The position numbers were made by a program, and so were the translations under genes. Below the pieces are notes generated by a model. It saw only the letters and a program-made list of their open reading frames with translations. It was not told where the DNA came from and searched no databases. From positions 57,746-121,745 of the forward strand of contig JAUSLL010000015.1 of the NCBI GenBank assembly GCA_030649335.1: a stretch of DNA of 64,000 nt, given 5' to 3'. This DNA is from Parvibaculum sp. GTDB lineage: Bacteria; Pseudomonadota; Alphaproteobacteria; Parvibaculales; Parvibaculaceae. Below, piece by piece: positions 49,260 to 57,537 of this stretch (the stretch's first letter is position 1; each line of letters opens with the position of its first letter).

Positions 49260-50342
49260 CTAGCGGAATGAAGCGAGGACCTTTGAGGCCATGTCGCGGG
49301 TCTGGCGCGTCACGTCTTCTTTCCAATCATCGGCATCAACATAAAAGGCATCGCGGATCTGGCGTTTGATTGCCGGTGCCGCCGGATTGTCGAGCCCGCC
49401 GTGGCGATGCAGCCAGTTGTCAGCAACGAGTGCGGCGGCCACAAGGTTCATTGCCACTGTGCCGAATTCGAGCCCGCAAGGCATTACATCGCGGCCTTGC
49501 AATTCCTGCCCGAAAGCTTCAGTGATCGAGCCCGGCACATTTGATGAGACGGAACCTGCGGCTTGAGTTGAATGGACAATCTCGCCCCACCAGTCGCGCA
49601 TCTTCAAATAAGCGGGGTCCATTTCGGCAGCCGTTGAAATCACTTCACCAAAGCCGCGCGGTCCGAGGCCTGAGTGAATGTCGATATAGACAATCTCTTC
49701 TGCCTTGCTCATCTCGCGCTGGATGATCTGGCGCAGGTTCGTATTCGACCAGACCGGCTTCAACCCGCCGAACTGCACGCCCTCTGCATAGGTATATTGC
49801 CCGCCCGCAAGCGCATGTTGCAACGCTGCGGGACCATGCGCATCGCCATAGGCTTTCATCTTGGCGCGGCCCGCGTTGATTGCGTCTTCCGTCAGCTCGG
49901 CAGGGTTCAGCGCCTCGTAAATATCTTCATAGCCCGGGTTTTCCGGATGCGGCTTTGCATGGTCGAGAAAGTTGCGGTTGAGATCAACATTGTCTTCGTT
50001 CACCCGCCGTCCCCAGGCAAAGCCCCAGGGGTTGATCGCATGGATGAAAACCAAAGCCGTATCGGCGGGCAGCGCATCGGCAAATCCGGACGAGAGAAGG
50101 GCCGTTTGAACGCCTGACCCGCAGTAGCCCTCAACCCCGTGGGTGCCGGATCCGATACCTAAAATCCGACGCGCCGTGGCCGGACCGAAACGGGCGACAT
50201 CGGTCGCGATTTCCTGTCCGTCGGGGCCCTTCAGCGGGTGCAGGTTCTGCCTCGTCTCAGCGCCCGCTTTCGTTGCCGCCGCGCGAAACTTCGCCCTCGC
50301 CTCAGCGTAGGACTGCGAAAAATGGTCGGCCGTTTCTGTCAT
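49260..50342 (-). CDS. M14-family metallopeptidase-like protein (DUF2817)
   Basis: SGTHGVEG, HAINPWGF..RRVNEDNVDLNRNF, IDIHSGLG, LEFGT. Confidence 0.85.
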   Translation of the reverse strand: MTETADHFSQSYAEARAKFRAAATKAGAETRQNLHPLKGPDGQEIATDVARFGPATARRILGIGSGTHGVEGYCGSGVQTALLSSGFADALPADTALVFIHAINPWGFAWGRRVNEDNVDLNRNFLDHAKPHPENPGYEDIYEALNPAELTEDAINAGRAKMKAYGDAHGPAALQHALAGGQYTYAEGVQFGGLKPVWSNTNLRQIIQREMSKAEEIVYIDIHSGLGPRGFGEVISTAAEMDPAYLKMRDWWGEIVHSTQAAGSVSSNVPGSITEAFGQELQGRDVMPCGLEFGTVAMNLVAAALVADNWLHRHGGLDNPAAPAIKRQIRDAFYVDADDWKEDVTRQTRDMASKVLASFR

Positions 50343-50534
50343 ATTTTGATCATCCCGCTCGGCTTAAGTATCCGCTGAAAAAGGCTTTTTGGTTTTGGTG
50401 CCGCAGCGGCCAGCATCTGGTCCGGGCGCGGAAAGTCAAGATTACGTCGTAGACGGCGTTTTGTGCTAGAATGAAACGCAATCGGGCAGCCGAGGCGGTT
50501 GGTTCTCCTCACAGGCTCTAACGGAGGTTTTAAA

Positions 50535-50927
50535 ATGTTTGGTTCGCTTCCGCTTCTGGCGCTTGTCGTCATTGCGTACAATATCGTCGTCTATCTCACC
50601 GGTTTCACGATGGATTCAGCTATGTTCTCGATGCCGCTGGTGTCGGGTGCCATATGGACGATATCGCTCGGCGATCTCTTCCTCGCCTTCGGTCTTGTGC
50701 TGTTGTTTCTCGAGCTCGTCAATTCAACCAAAACCGGCACTTCGACGATCATCAATCACGCCTTGTCGATGCTGGTGCTGCTGGTCGCGCTCGTTCAGTT
50801 CATCGTGCTGCCGCAATTCGGCACTTCGGTGTTTTTCCTGATCGTGCTGTTCAATCTGCTCGACGTGATCGCGGGCTTCACCGTCACCATCACGTCTGCA
50901 CGCCGCGACTTCAGCGTCGCCGAATAA
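50535..50927 (+). CDS. Hypothetical 4-TM membrane protein
   Basis: RBS GGAGG; four hydrophobic helices; IINHALS and DVIAGF..ARRDF. Confidence 0.8.
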   Translation: MFGSLPLLALVVIAYNIVVYLTGFTMDSAMFSMPLVSGAIWTISLGDLFLAFGLVLLFLELVNSTKTGTSTIINHALSMLVLLVALVQFIVLPQFGTSVFFLIVLFNLLDVIAGFTVTITSARRDFSVAE

Positions 50928-50945
50928 TCAATCGATCCTGTTTAA

Positions 50946-50973
50946 CGGGGGCGGGTGTCAATTCCCGCCCCCG
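50946..50973. terminator. Bidirectional hairpin overlapping the pabC stop
   Basis: cgggggcggg-tgtcaatt-cccgcccccg. Confidence 0.7.
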
Positions 50974-51824
50974 ATTTCGTTTTCGCTTTCGTCGGCATCA
51001 AGCAGCATTTCGTAAGCTGCCTGCAGCCGCGCCGTGAGACGCGTCGGTTTCAACTCGCGTCCGTCGATGCGCGACAGCGGCATCAGCCCGACGAGACTAT
51101 TGGTGAGGAACCCGCCGTCACAGGTGCCGAGCCTTTCGGGCGCAATCAGATCCTGCACGACTTCGATGCTGTGGCGTTCAGCCAGCGCGATCACCGCGCC
51201 GCGTGTGATGCCGGGCAAGATGCCGCATTCTTCAGCCGGTGTGACGAGGCGCTCGCCTTCCCAGAGAAACACATTGCCGACGCTTGAGCAGGCGAGATGG
51301 CCTGACGTGTCGAGCATCAGCGCATCGTCTGCGCCGCGCGCGTGCGCCTCTTCACGGGCCAGCAGATTGTCGAGATAGGGAAGCGCCTTGAGGCGCGACG
51401 ACGGCGACAGAGCATTGCGGCGCGGCGTCGCAAGCATCACAGATTGGGAAGCGGCGGGCGCGGGGCTTTCGGCGGCGCTGATCATCAGTGTCGGCTTTGG
51501 GTTTTCCGGAGGCAAAAGTCCGCGCGGACCGGGGCCGCGTGTCAGCGTGATGCGGAGCGCAATGCGGGCGCGGTCGCTGAGCGCGTTGGCCTCAATCAGC
51601 ATGGCACAGGCAACAGCAATATGTTGCGGAGACACGGGCAGGGGGATGCCCAGAATATTGCCACCGGCGGCAAGCCGCACGATGTGATCATCCAAAAAAG
51701 CGACGCGACCGAAACGCGCGAGCATGGTTTCAAATAATCCGTCGCCGAGCAAAAAACCACGATCGCGCGGATCGATGCGCACATCGGTTTCGTCGAGCAG
51801 TGCCCCGTTGAACCAGATTTTCAT
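50958..51824 (-). CDS. pabC: Class IV PLP enzyme, probable aminodeoxychorismate lyase
   Basis: DRGFLLGDGLFETM, LKALPYLDN, GILPGITR, FLTNSL; follows pabB-pabA. Confidence 0.75.
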   Translation of the reverse strand: MKIWFNGALLDETDVRIDPRDRGFLLGDGLFETMLARFGRVAFLDDHIVRLAAGGNILGIPLPVSPQHIAVACAMLIEANALSDRARIALRITLTRGPGPRGLLPPENPKPTLMISAAESPAPAASQSVMLATPRRNALSPSSRLKALPYLDNLLAREEAHARGADDALMLDTSGHLACSSVGNVFLWEGERLVTPAEECGILPGITRGAVIALAERHSIEVVQDLIAPERLGTCDGGFLTNSLVGLMPLSRIDGRELKPTRLTARLQAAYEMLLDADESENEIGGGN

Positions 51825-52408
51825 GGATCCACTCTAGCGAGCGGCGCGGTAATGTTCAAAAAATTGTGCAACAGCTTGTGACCATGCTGCGTGAGAACGG
51901 ACTCAGGATGGAACTGCACGCCGTAAATCGGCAGATTATTGTGCGCGAGTGCCATCAATGTACCGTCATCGAGATGGGCGATGGGTTCAAGCGGTGTGTC
52001 GTTGTTCAGTTCTGCAACAAGTGAATGATAGCGCGCGGCGGGAAAAGCATCAGGTATGCCGTCAAAAAGCGCGTGGCCCTTATGGCGGATCGGCGACGCG
52101 CGGCCATGCACGGGTTCGGCGCGGCGGATGATGCCGCCGAAAGCTGCCGCGATGCATTGATGGCCGAGGCAGACGCCGAGAAGCGGGATGCGTGCGCGGG
52201 CGGCGGCGTGAACGAGCGATACCGAGACGCCCGCCTCGTCTGGTCCGCAGGGGCCCGGCGAAATGATGATCGCACGCGGCGCACGGGCGATGATTTCATC
52301 GGCACTTGCCACGTCGTTGCGCATCACCTCGCGTTGTTCGCCGAGTTCGCCGACATAGCGCGCAAGGTTGTGGACGAAGCTGTCGTAATTGTCGATGAGG
52401 AGGATCAT
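51821..52408 (-). CDS. pabA: Glutamine amidotransferase (PabA/TrpG family)
   Basis: IDNYDSFVHNL, SPGPCGP, LGVCLGHQ, RYHSL, GVQFHPES. Confidence 0.85.
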   Translation of the reverse strand: MILLIDNYDSFVHNLARYVGELGEQREVMRNDVASADEIIARAPRAIIISPGPCGPDEAGVSVSLVHAAARARIPLLGVCLGHQCIAAAFGGIIRRAEPVHGRASPIRHKGHALFDGIPDAFPAARYHSLVAELNNDTPLEPIAHLDDGTLMALAHNNLPIYGVQFHPESVLTQHGHKLLHNFLNITAPLARVDP

Positions 52409-53802
52409 GGAGAGGCCTCCCCTGTGAGCGCTGTGATCATGGCTTTGGCTTTGGTCAGGCTCTCGTCATATTCTTCCGAAGGCACGCTTTGCGCCGTGAT
52501 GCCGCCGCCCGCTTGAAATGTTACGTGGCGGGATTTGACGATCATGGTGCGGATGGCAATCGATGTATCCATGCTGCCATCAAACCCGAGATAGCCGATG
52601 GCGCCGCAATAGGCTCCGCGCGTCGTGGGTTCAAGCTCGGCTATGATTTCCATCGCGCGTAATTTCGGTGCGCCGGTGATGGAGCCGCCGGGGAAAGCAT
52701 GTGTCAGAAGGTCGAGCGCTGTTTGTCCTTCGCGCAATGTCCCGTGCACTGTCGAAACAAGATGATGCACATTGGCAAAGCTTTCGAGCGCGCAGAGGCT
52801 CTCGACCTTCACACTGTGATCAGCGCAGACACGGCTCAGATCATTACGTAGCAAATCGACAATCATCACATTCTCGGCACGGTCTTTTTCCGATGCGAGC
52901 AGATCAGCGGCCAGTGCTGCGTCCTTATCGGGTGTGCGCCCTCGCGGTCGCGTGCCTTTGATCGGTTTGGTTTCAACAACACCATTGCGACAGGCGAGAA
53001 AACGTTCGGGTGACGATGACACCAGCGCGCCGCTGCCGAAATTGAAAAATGACGAGAAGGGCGCGGGGCTGAGTGCGCGCAGTCGCAGATAGAGCGCATA
53101 AGCCGTGTCATTGTCGCTAAGTTCGGCGTCAAAACGCTGGGTGAGATTGGCCTGAAAAATATCGCCCGCTCGGATCAAGCCGACAATGGTTGCAACAGCG
53201 CGTTCGTAAGAGGCGCGCGTGAAATTCGCGGTGACGATGCTTTGGTGTGGTGTCGGCTTCTCGGCGCGTTGCGGGGGAACGTCCTTGATACGTTGGCGCA
53301 GAGATGAGGCGCGGGTTTTGGCGCGGGCTAAACGCGCTGCGGGGGCGCGTTCGGGCAAACCGTTCGAAATGAGGTAAGCGCGGCGCGCGATCATGTTGAA
53401 GGCGATGGCCGTGTCGTAAAATCCGAGCGCGATGGTGGGCAGATGTTGATCATCAACGGCAAAGGGTGCAACGGCGGGTGGTAGGCGTTCTAAATGGCGC
53501 GCGAGGTCATAGGCAAAATATCCTGCCGCTCCGCCGGTGAAAGGCGGCAGTGCCGCGTCAGATGCGGGCATTGAATAGGTTTTGAGTTTTTCGGCCAATG
53601 TGACGAAGGGGTTGGCATCGTCGCTTGCGGCCTGTGTCAGCGTGTCGAAGGGATCAAGCGCGATGAAACTCCAGCGACCATGTACGGCAGGGTCCGTGGC
53701 CGGTCCGGCGGTCGCACTGTCGAAGAGCAATGCAAAGGGTTCGTGCGCAAAAGCCTGAAACAGCTCATGCGGTTCCGCCCAAGCGAGGTCTTCGATATGC
53801 AT
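52405..53802 (-). CDS. pabB: Aminodeoxychorismate synthase component I
   Basis: GDIFQANL, SSSPERFL, TKPIKGTRPR, AENVMIVDLLRNDL, FPGGSITGAPKLRAM. Confidence 0.88.
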   Translation of the reverse strand: MHIEDLAWAEPHELFQAFAHEPFALLFDSATAGPATDPAVHGRWSFIALDPFDTLTQAASDDANPFVTLAEKLKTYSMPASDAALPPFTGGAAGYFAYDLARHLERLPPAVAPFAVDDQHLPTIALGFYDTAIAFNMIARRAYLISNGLPERAPAARLARAKTRASSLRQRIKDVPPQRAEKPTPHQSIVTANFTRASYERAVATIVGLIRAGDIFQANLTQRFDAELSDNDTAYALYLRLRALSPAPFSSFFNFGSGALVSSSPERFLACRNGVVETKPIKGTRPRGRTPDKDAALAADLLASEKDRAENVMIVDLLRNDLSRVCADHSVKVESLCALESFANVHHLVSTVHGTLREGQTALDLLTHAFPGGSITGAPKLRAMEIIAELEPTTRGAYCGAIGYLGFDGSMDTSIAIRTMIVKSRHVTFQAGGGITAQSVPSEEYDESLTKAKAMITALTGEASP

Positions 53803-53810
53803 CGGCGGTT

Positions 53811-54854
53811 CTACTTTACAGCCTGGACCGGTCTTGCCTCGAGCCGCATGGCCGGAGGCTCGGCACCCGGCACCGGCTCTGCGAGCGATGCCAGAAATTG
53901 TTTGATGAGATCACTCACAAGCGGTGCTTGCGCGAAGGCGATGTTGTGACCGAATTTTTCGTAAGAATAAAGTTTGGCCTGTGGCATCAGCGCCATCAGT
54001 TGTTTGGCGTTGGTGAAAGGCACAGTGGTGTCGGCCTCGCCCCAAATGACCATGACGGGACGTGAAGATGCGCCGGCCTCGGCATAGGCCGCCTGACTTG
54101 TTGCCAGCGGATAGGTGCGCAGCGTTGAAAGCAAAGCTTCGCCGTAGCCGCGATAGTCCATCTGGCGATCGAAGTCGGCGAGGAAGCGGGCGGGGTTTGG
54201 CGCCGCTTTGGCATCTTCCGCGGCGGCTCCGTGGAAAATCTTGAGGCCGAACATGCGCACAATCCAGTCGCCGACGAGGGGACGTTTCAGCATTTCTACA
54301 TTGCTGCTGCTGGGGGCGACGCCAAGGCCCGCGGGTGCGATGAGTGTGAGCGAACGGACGGTGTCGGAGTGGCGGGCTGCAAAAATGGTGACTGTGGCGC
54401 CGCCGAGCGAATAGCCGACAAGGTCTGCCTTTTCGTCGGGTGCGACGGCGGCCAGCAGGTTCGCGAGCAATGTGTCGCTCAGATCGGCGTTGTAAGGCCC
54501 CTTGGGGCGATCTGAAAAACCACGTCCGTAATTGTCATAAGCCAGCACGCGGTAGCCCGCGCGGGTGAGCGGATCGAAATAATCGTTCCAGACAAATGAG
54601 GCGACTGAGAAGCCATGGACCAGCACAACGAGAGGCCCGTCTGCGGGGCCTTCGAGGCGGTAGTGGACAGTACCGGCTGGGAGGTCGAGGAAACTATAGG
54701 CCAGACCCTGTTTGACGAGGGTGGTGCGGGTGGCGTCATCCAGCAATGGGCGGGCGCGGCCAGCGGCCCAGTAGCTCATCAAAAGCATCAGGGCGACCGC
54801 TGTGGTCACTGCGAAGGCGGCCTTGAGGACTGCCATGATCTCCATTTCTCCCAT
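53811..54854 (-). CDS. Membrane-anchored alpha/beta hydrolase
   Basis: VHGFS, YDNYGRGFSD, nucleophile elbow GYSLGG, IWGEAD, FGH; exact start uncertain. Confidence 0.88.
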   Translation of the reverse strand: MGEMEIMAVLKAAFAVTTAVALMLLMSYWAAGRARPLLDDATRTTLVKQGLAYSFLDLPAGTVHYRLEGPADGPLVVLVHGFSVASFVWNDYFDPLTRAGYRVLAYDNYGRGFSDRPKGPYNADLSDTLLANLLAAVAPDEKADLVGYSLGGATVTIFAARHSDTVRSLTLIAPAGLGVAPSSSNVEMLKRPLVGDWIVRMFGLKIFHGAAAEDAKAAPNPARFLADFDRQMDYRGYGEALLSTLRTYPLATSQAAYAEAGASSRPVMVIWGEADTTVPFTNAKQLMALMPQAKLYSYEKFGHNIAFAQAPLVSDLIKQFLASLAEPVPGAEPPAMRLEARPVQAVK

Positions 54855-55032
54855 AGCCGTCTCACCAAATCACCAATGACCCGACGGCAGTCTAGTGCCT
54901 GACAGGCAAGGCGACAAATCCGGTCAGCGACTATTGCGTTTGTAGGCTTGCAGCCACGGCGTTTTATAGGCTTGATGCCGATAATGAAAGATTTTCCCGG
55001 TTGAACGGGCGATAGCACGAGGAAGAAAACCC

Positions 55033-55836
55033 ATGCAGAACGTATTCAAGGATCAGGCGCTGGCAGGCAAAGTGGCCTTTGTGGCGGGCGCATCGAGCGG
55101 TATCAATCTCGGCATCGCACAGCATTTTGCGCGCGCCGGTGCCAAGGTCGTCATCATCAGCCGCAGCGTCGAAAAAATTGCCGCTGCCGCCAAGACCATG
55201 ACCGACGAAGGCTTTCCCGCCCTCGGCATTGCGGCCGACGTGCGCGACTATGCGGCGGTCGATGCGGCGCTTAAACAGGCGCATGATACTTATGGCAAAA
55301 TCGACATCGTGATTTCCGGCGCGGCGGGCAATTTCGTCGCCCCTGCGCTCGGCATGTCCGCCAATGGTTTCAAGACGGTCGTTGATATTGACCTCAATGG
55401 CACGTTCCATGTGTTCCGTGCCTGCTTCCAGTATTTGAACCGTCCGGGCGCGTCGCTCATCGCCATCACCGCACCGCAGGCTGTGAACCCGTCGCTCTTT
55501 CAGGTGCATGTCTGCGCTGCCAAGGCGGGCATCAACATGGTGACGAAATGTCTCGCTATGGAATGGGGTCCGGCGGGCGTTCGCGTCAATGCCATTTCGC
55601 CCGGCCCGATTGCGGACACCGAAGGTATGCTGCGCCTTGCTACAACGCCGGAAGCCGAACGCGCGGTCAAAGCGCGCATTGCGCTGCGCGATTACGGCAC
55701 CAAGACGGACATTGCCGACATGGCGCTCTTTCTCTCCACCGACAATGCCAAATATGTGACCGGTTCGATCATCGATTGCGATGGTGGCGCGAAGCTCGGT
55801 GACGCCGGTGCCGACGCCATCGGCAACTTTGGCTGA
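55033..55836 (+). CDS. SDR oxidoreductase (2,4-dienoyl-CoA reductase-like)
   Basis: GASSGIN, GAAGNFVAP, HVCAAKAG, RVNAISPGPI. Confidence 0.88.
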   Translation: MQNVFKDQALAGKVAFVAGASSGINLGIAQHFARAGAKVVIISRSVEKIAAAAKTMTDEGFPALGIAADVRDYAAVDAALKQAHDTYGKIDIVISGAAGNFVAPALGMSANGFKTVVDIDLNGTFHVFRACFQYLNRPGASLIAITAPQAVNPSLFQVHVCAAKAGINMVTKCLAMEWGPAGVRVNAISPGPIADTEGMLRLATTPEAERAVKARIALRDYGTKTDIADMALFLSTDNAKYVTGSIIDCDGGAKLGDAGADAIGNFG

Positions 55837-55859
55837 AGGCAAGCGGGAGGAACGCTCTG

Positions 55860-56675
55860 ATGACAACGCCTATTGCGACCGACGAATTCATTCATGTGCT
55901 TTACGACGTGCGCGATCACGTCGCGACGTTGACGATCAACCGGCCCGACAGGCGCAATGCGCTCAACCGACGGGCTTATGATGAAATCGAATGGGGATTT
56001 CGTGCGGCTGCCGCCGACCCCGAAGTGCGTTGCGTCATTGTCACGGCGGTTGATCCGGCCTTTTGTTCCGGTGAAGACGTCAAAGAGATGATGACGGGTG
56101 TGCAGAAGGACGCGAGCGTGACGCGGCTCACGTCAGTGCGGCCTGAACCGACACCTGCGGCGGTGGCGGCCCTTGAATGCGACAAGCCGGTCATCGCAGC
56201 TGTCAACGGTGTGGCGGTCGGTTGGGGCATGGAGCTCACACTCTTTGCTGATATTCGCATCGCGTCGGAAAATGCAAAGTTCGGTGAAATCTTTATCAAG
56301 CGCGGATTGATTTCCGATGTCGGTGGCTTGTGGCGTCTGCCCGCGATTGTCGGACCGGCCAAGGCATCGGAATTACTGTTCACCGGCGATGTTATTGATG
56401 CGGCGGAAGCTTTGCGGATCGGTCTTGTCAGCGATGTCGTGCCGCATGATCAGTTGATGGTGCGCGCGCAGGCGCTTGCCGCGCGCATTGCCGTCAACCC
56501 GCCGCTGGCGTTGCGTTACATGAAGGAAGGCCTGCGGCGTACCGCTTACGGTGAGTTGCGTGACATCGGCTCGTGGGTGTCGGGCACGCTTGGCAAATTA
56601 TTCCAGACGGAAGATCACCGCGAAGGTGTGCAGAGTTTTCTTGAGAAACGCGAACCGAAGTTTACAGGGAAATAA
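55860..56675 (+). CDS. Enoyl-CoA hydratase/isomerase family
   Basis: INRPDRRNAL, FCSGEDVK, AVNGVAVGWGMEL, DHREGVQSFLEKREP. Confidence 0.92.
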   Translation: MTTPIATDEFIHVLYDVRDHVATLTINRPDRRNALNRRAYDEIEWGFRAAAADPEVRCVIVTAVDPAFCSGEDVKEMMTGVQKDASVTRLTSVRPEPTPAAVAALECDKPVIAAVNGVAVGWGMELTLFADIRIASENAKFGEIFIKRGLISDVGGLWRLPAIVGPAKASELLFTGDVIDAAEALRIGLVSDVVPHDQLMVRAQALAARIAVNPPLALRYMKEGLRRTAYGELRDIGSWVSGTLGKLFQTEDHREGVQSFLEKREPKFTGK

Positions 56676-57034
56676 TGGCGCTGTTCTTCGATCAGGATTG
56701 GTTTGACGCAAAGCTCGCCGCGCTCACCCTCACGCGGGATGATGTGGCGGCGGCGTTGCGCCTGATGCGCAGCGAGGTCGATGAGATTTGGAAAGACCAG
56801 CGCGAAGTCTCCAGCGGCGATGTTGTGATGCTGGCGCGGCTTCTGAAAACGCCTGCCGATGAAATTGTGACGCGCGCGGGTATTTCGACGCCCACGCCGA
56901 CGACGGCATCGGCTGGTGGCGATGCATCTGCCGTTTTGGGTCGGCTTGACGAAATGGATCAGCGGCTGGCGCGTATCGAACGCGCTATTGCGGAGTTGCA
57001 ATCCATGGTGATTGCGACACGTCCGCTCGGCTAA
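56675..57034 (+). CDS. Small XRE-like HTH protein with a C-terminal coiled coil
   Basis: WFDAKLAALTLTRDDVAAAL..EIWKDQRE..LARLL, then a linker and LDEMDQRLARIERAIAEL; TAATG-coupled to the crotonase gene. Confidence 0.6.
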   Translation: MALFFDQDWFDAKLAALTLTRDDVAAALRLMRSEVDEIWKDQREVSSGDVVMLARLLKTPADEIVTRAGISTPTPTTASAGGDASAVLGRLDEMDQRLARIERAIAELQSMVIATRPLG

Positions 57035-57035
57035 T

Positions 57036-57374
57036 TCAGATTTTCTTATCGATGGGGCGCAGACGCAAAGTCTCGGCCAGCAGATCAGGCAGCATGTCTG
57101 CGGTCAGGTATGCGCCGGTGGCGCGCTGGCGCTGACGCTCCTTGCGGTGCGGTGCGCGCGGCCAGCGGAAATGCTGATCAATATATTGGGTGAGAAAGCT
57201 GGCCGCCGGGCGGTAATGCGGTTGTTCGAGACGCAAGCCGGCGCTGGCGCGCGGCGGGTTAACAGTGACAACGATTTCTTTTGAAAGGGCGGCAGCAGGC
57301 GCAGCGGTCCGCTTGTCGCGGGTGGGCGACGAAAGCGTGAGATCGGTGGACCCTATGCGTCTGATGCTTGTCAT
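57036..57374 (-). CDS. Hypothetical protein
   Basis: 112-aa ORF divergent from the EAL gene; contains RPAASFLTQYIDQ; no family recognised with certainty. Confidence 0.5.
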   Translation of the reverse strand: MTSIRRIGSTDLTLSSPTRDKRTAAPAAALSKEIVVTVNPPRASAGLRLEQPHYRPAASFLTQYIDQHFRWPRAPHRKERQRQRATGAYLTADMLPDLLAETLRLRPIDKKI

Positions 57375-57537
57375 CTTCGCTTTGTGTGTGCTGCGACCAA
57401 TGTGTCGTCATGCCTACAGAGCAAGAAGTTTGCCAGTCTTTGCCAAGGCGGTCCAGATTCCTAACGCGGGTTAACCATAAAGATTAAAACTTTAGCAGCC
57501 ATGTGGTTTGGCGGAATGTTAAGACCTCTCGGCGAAT

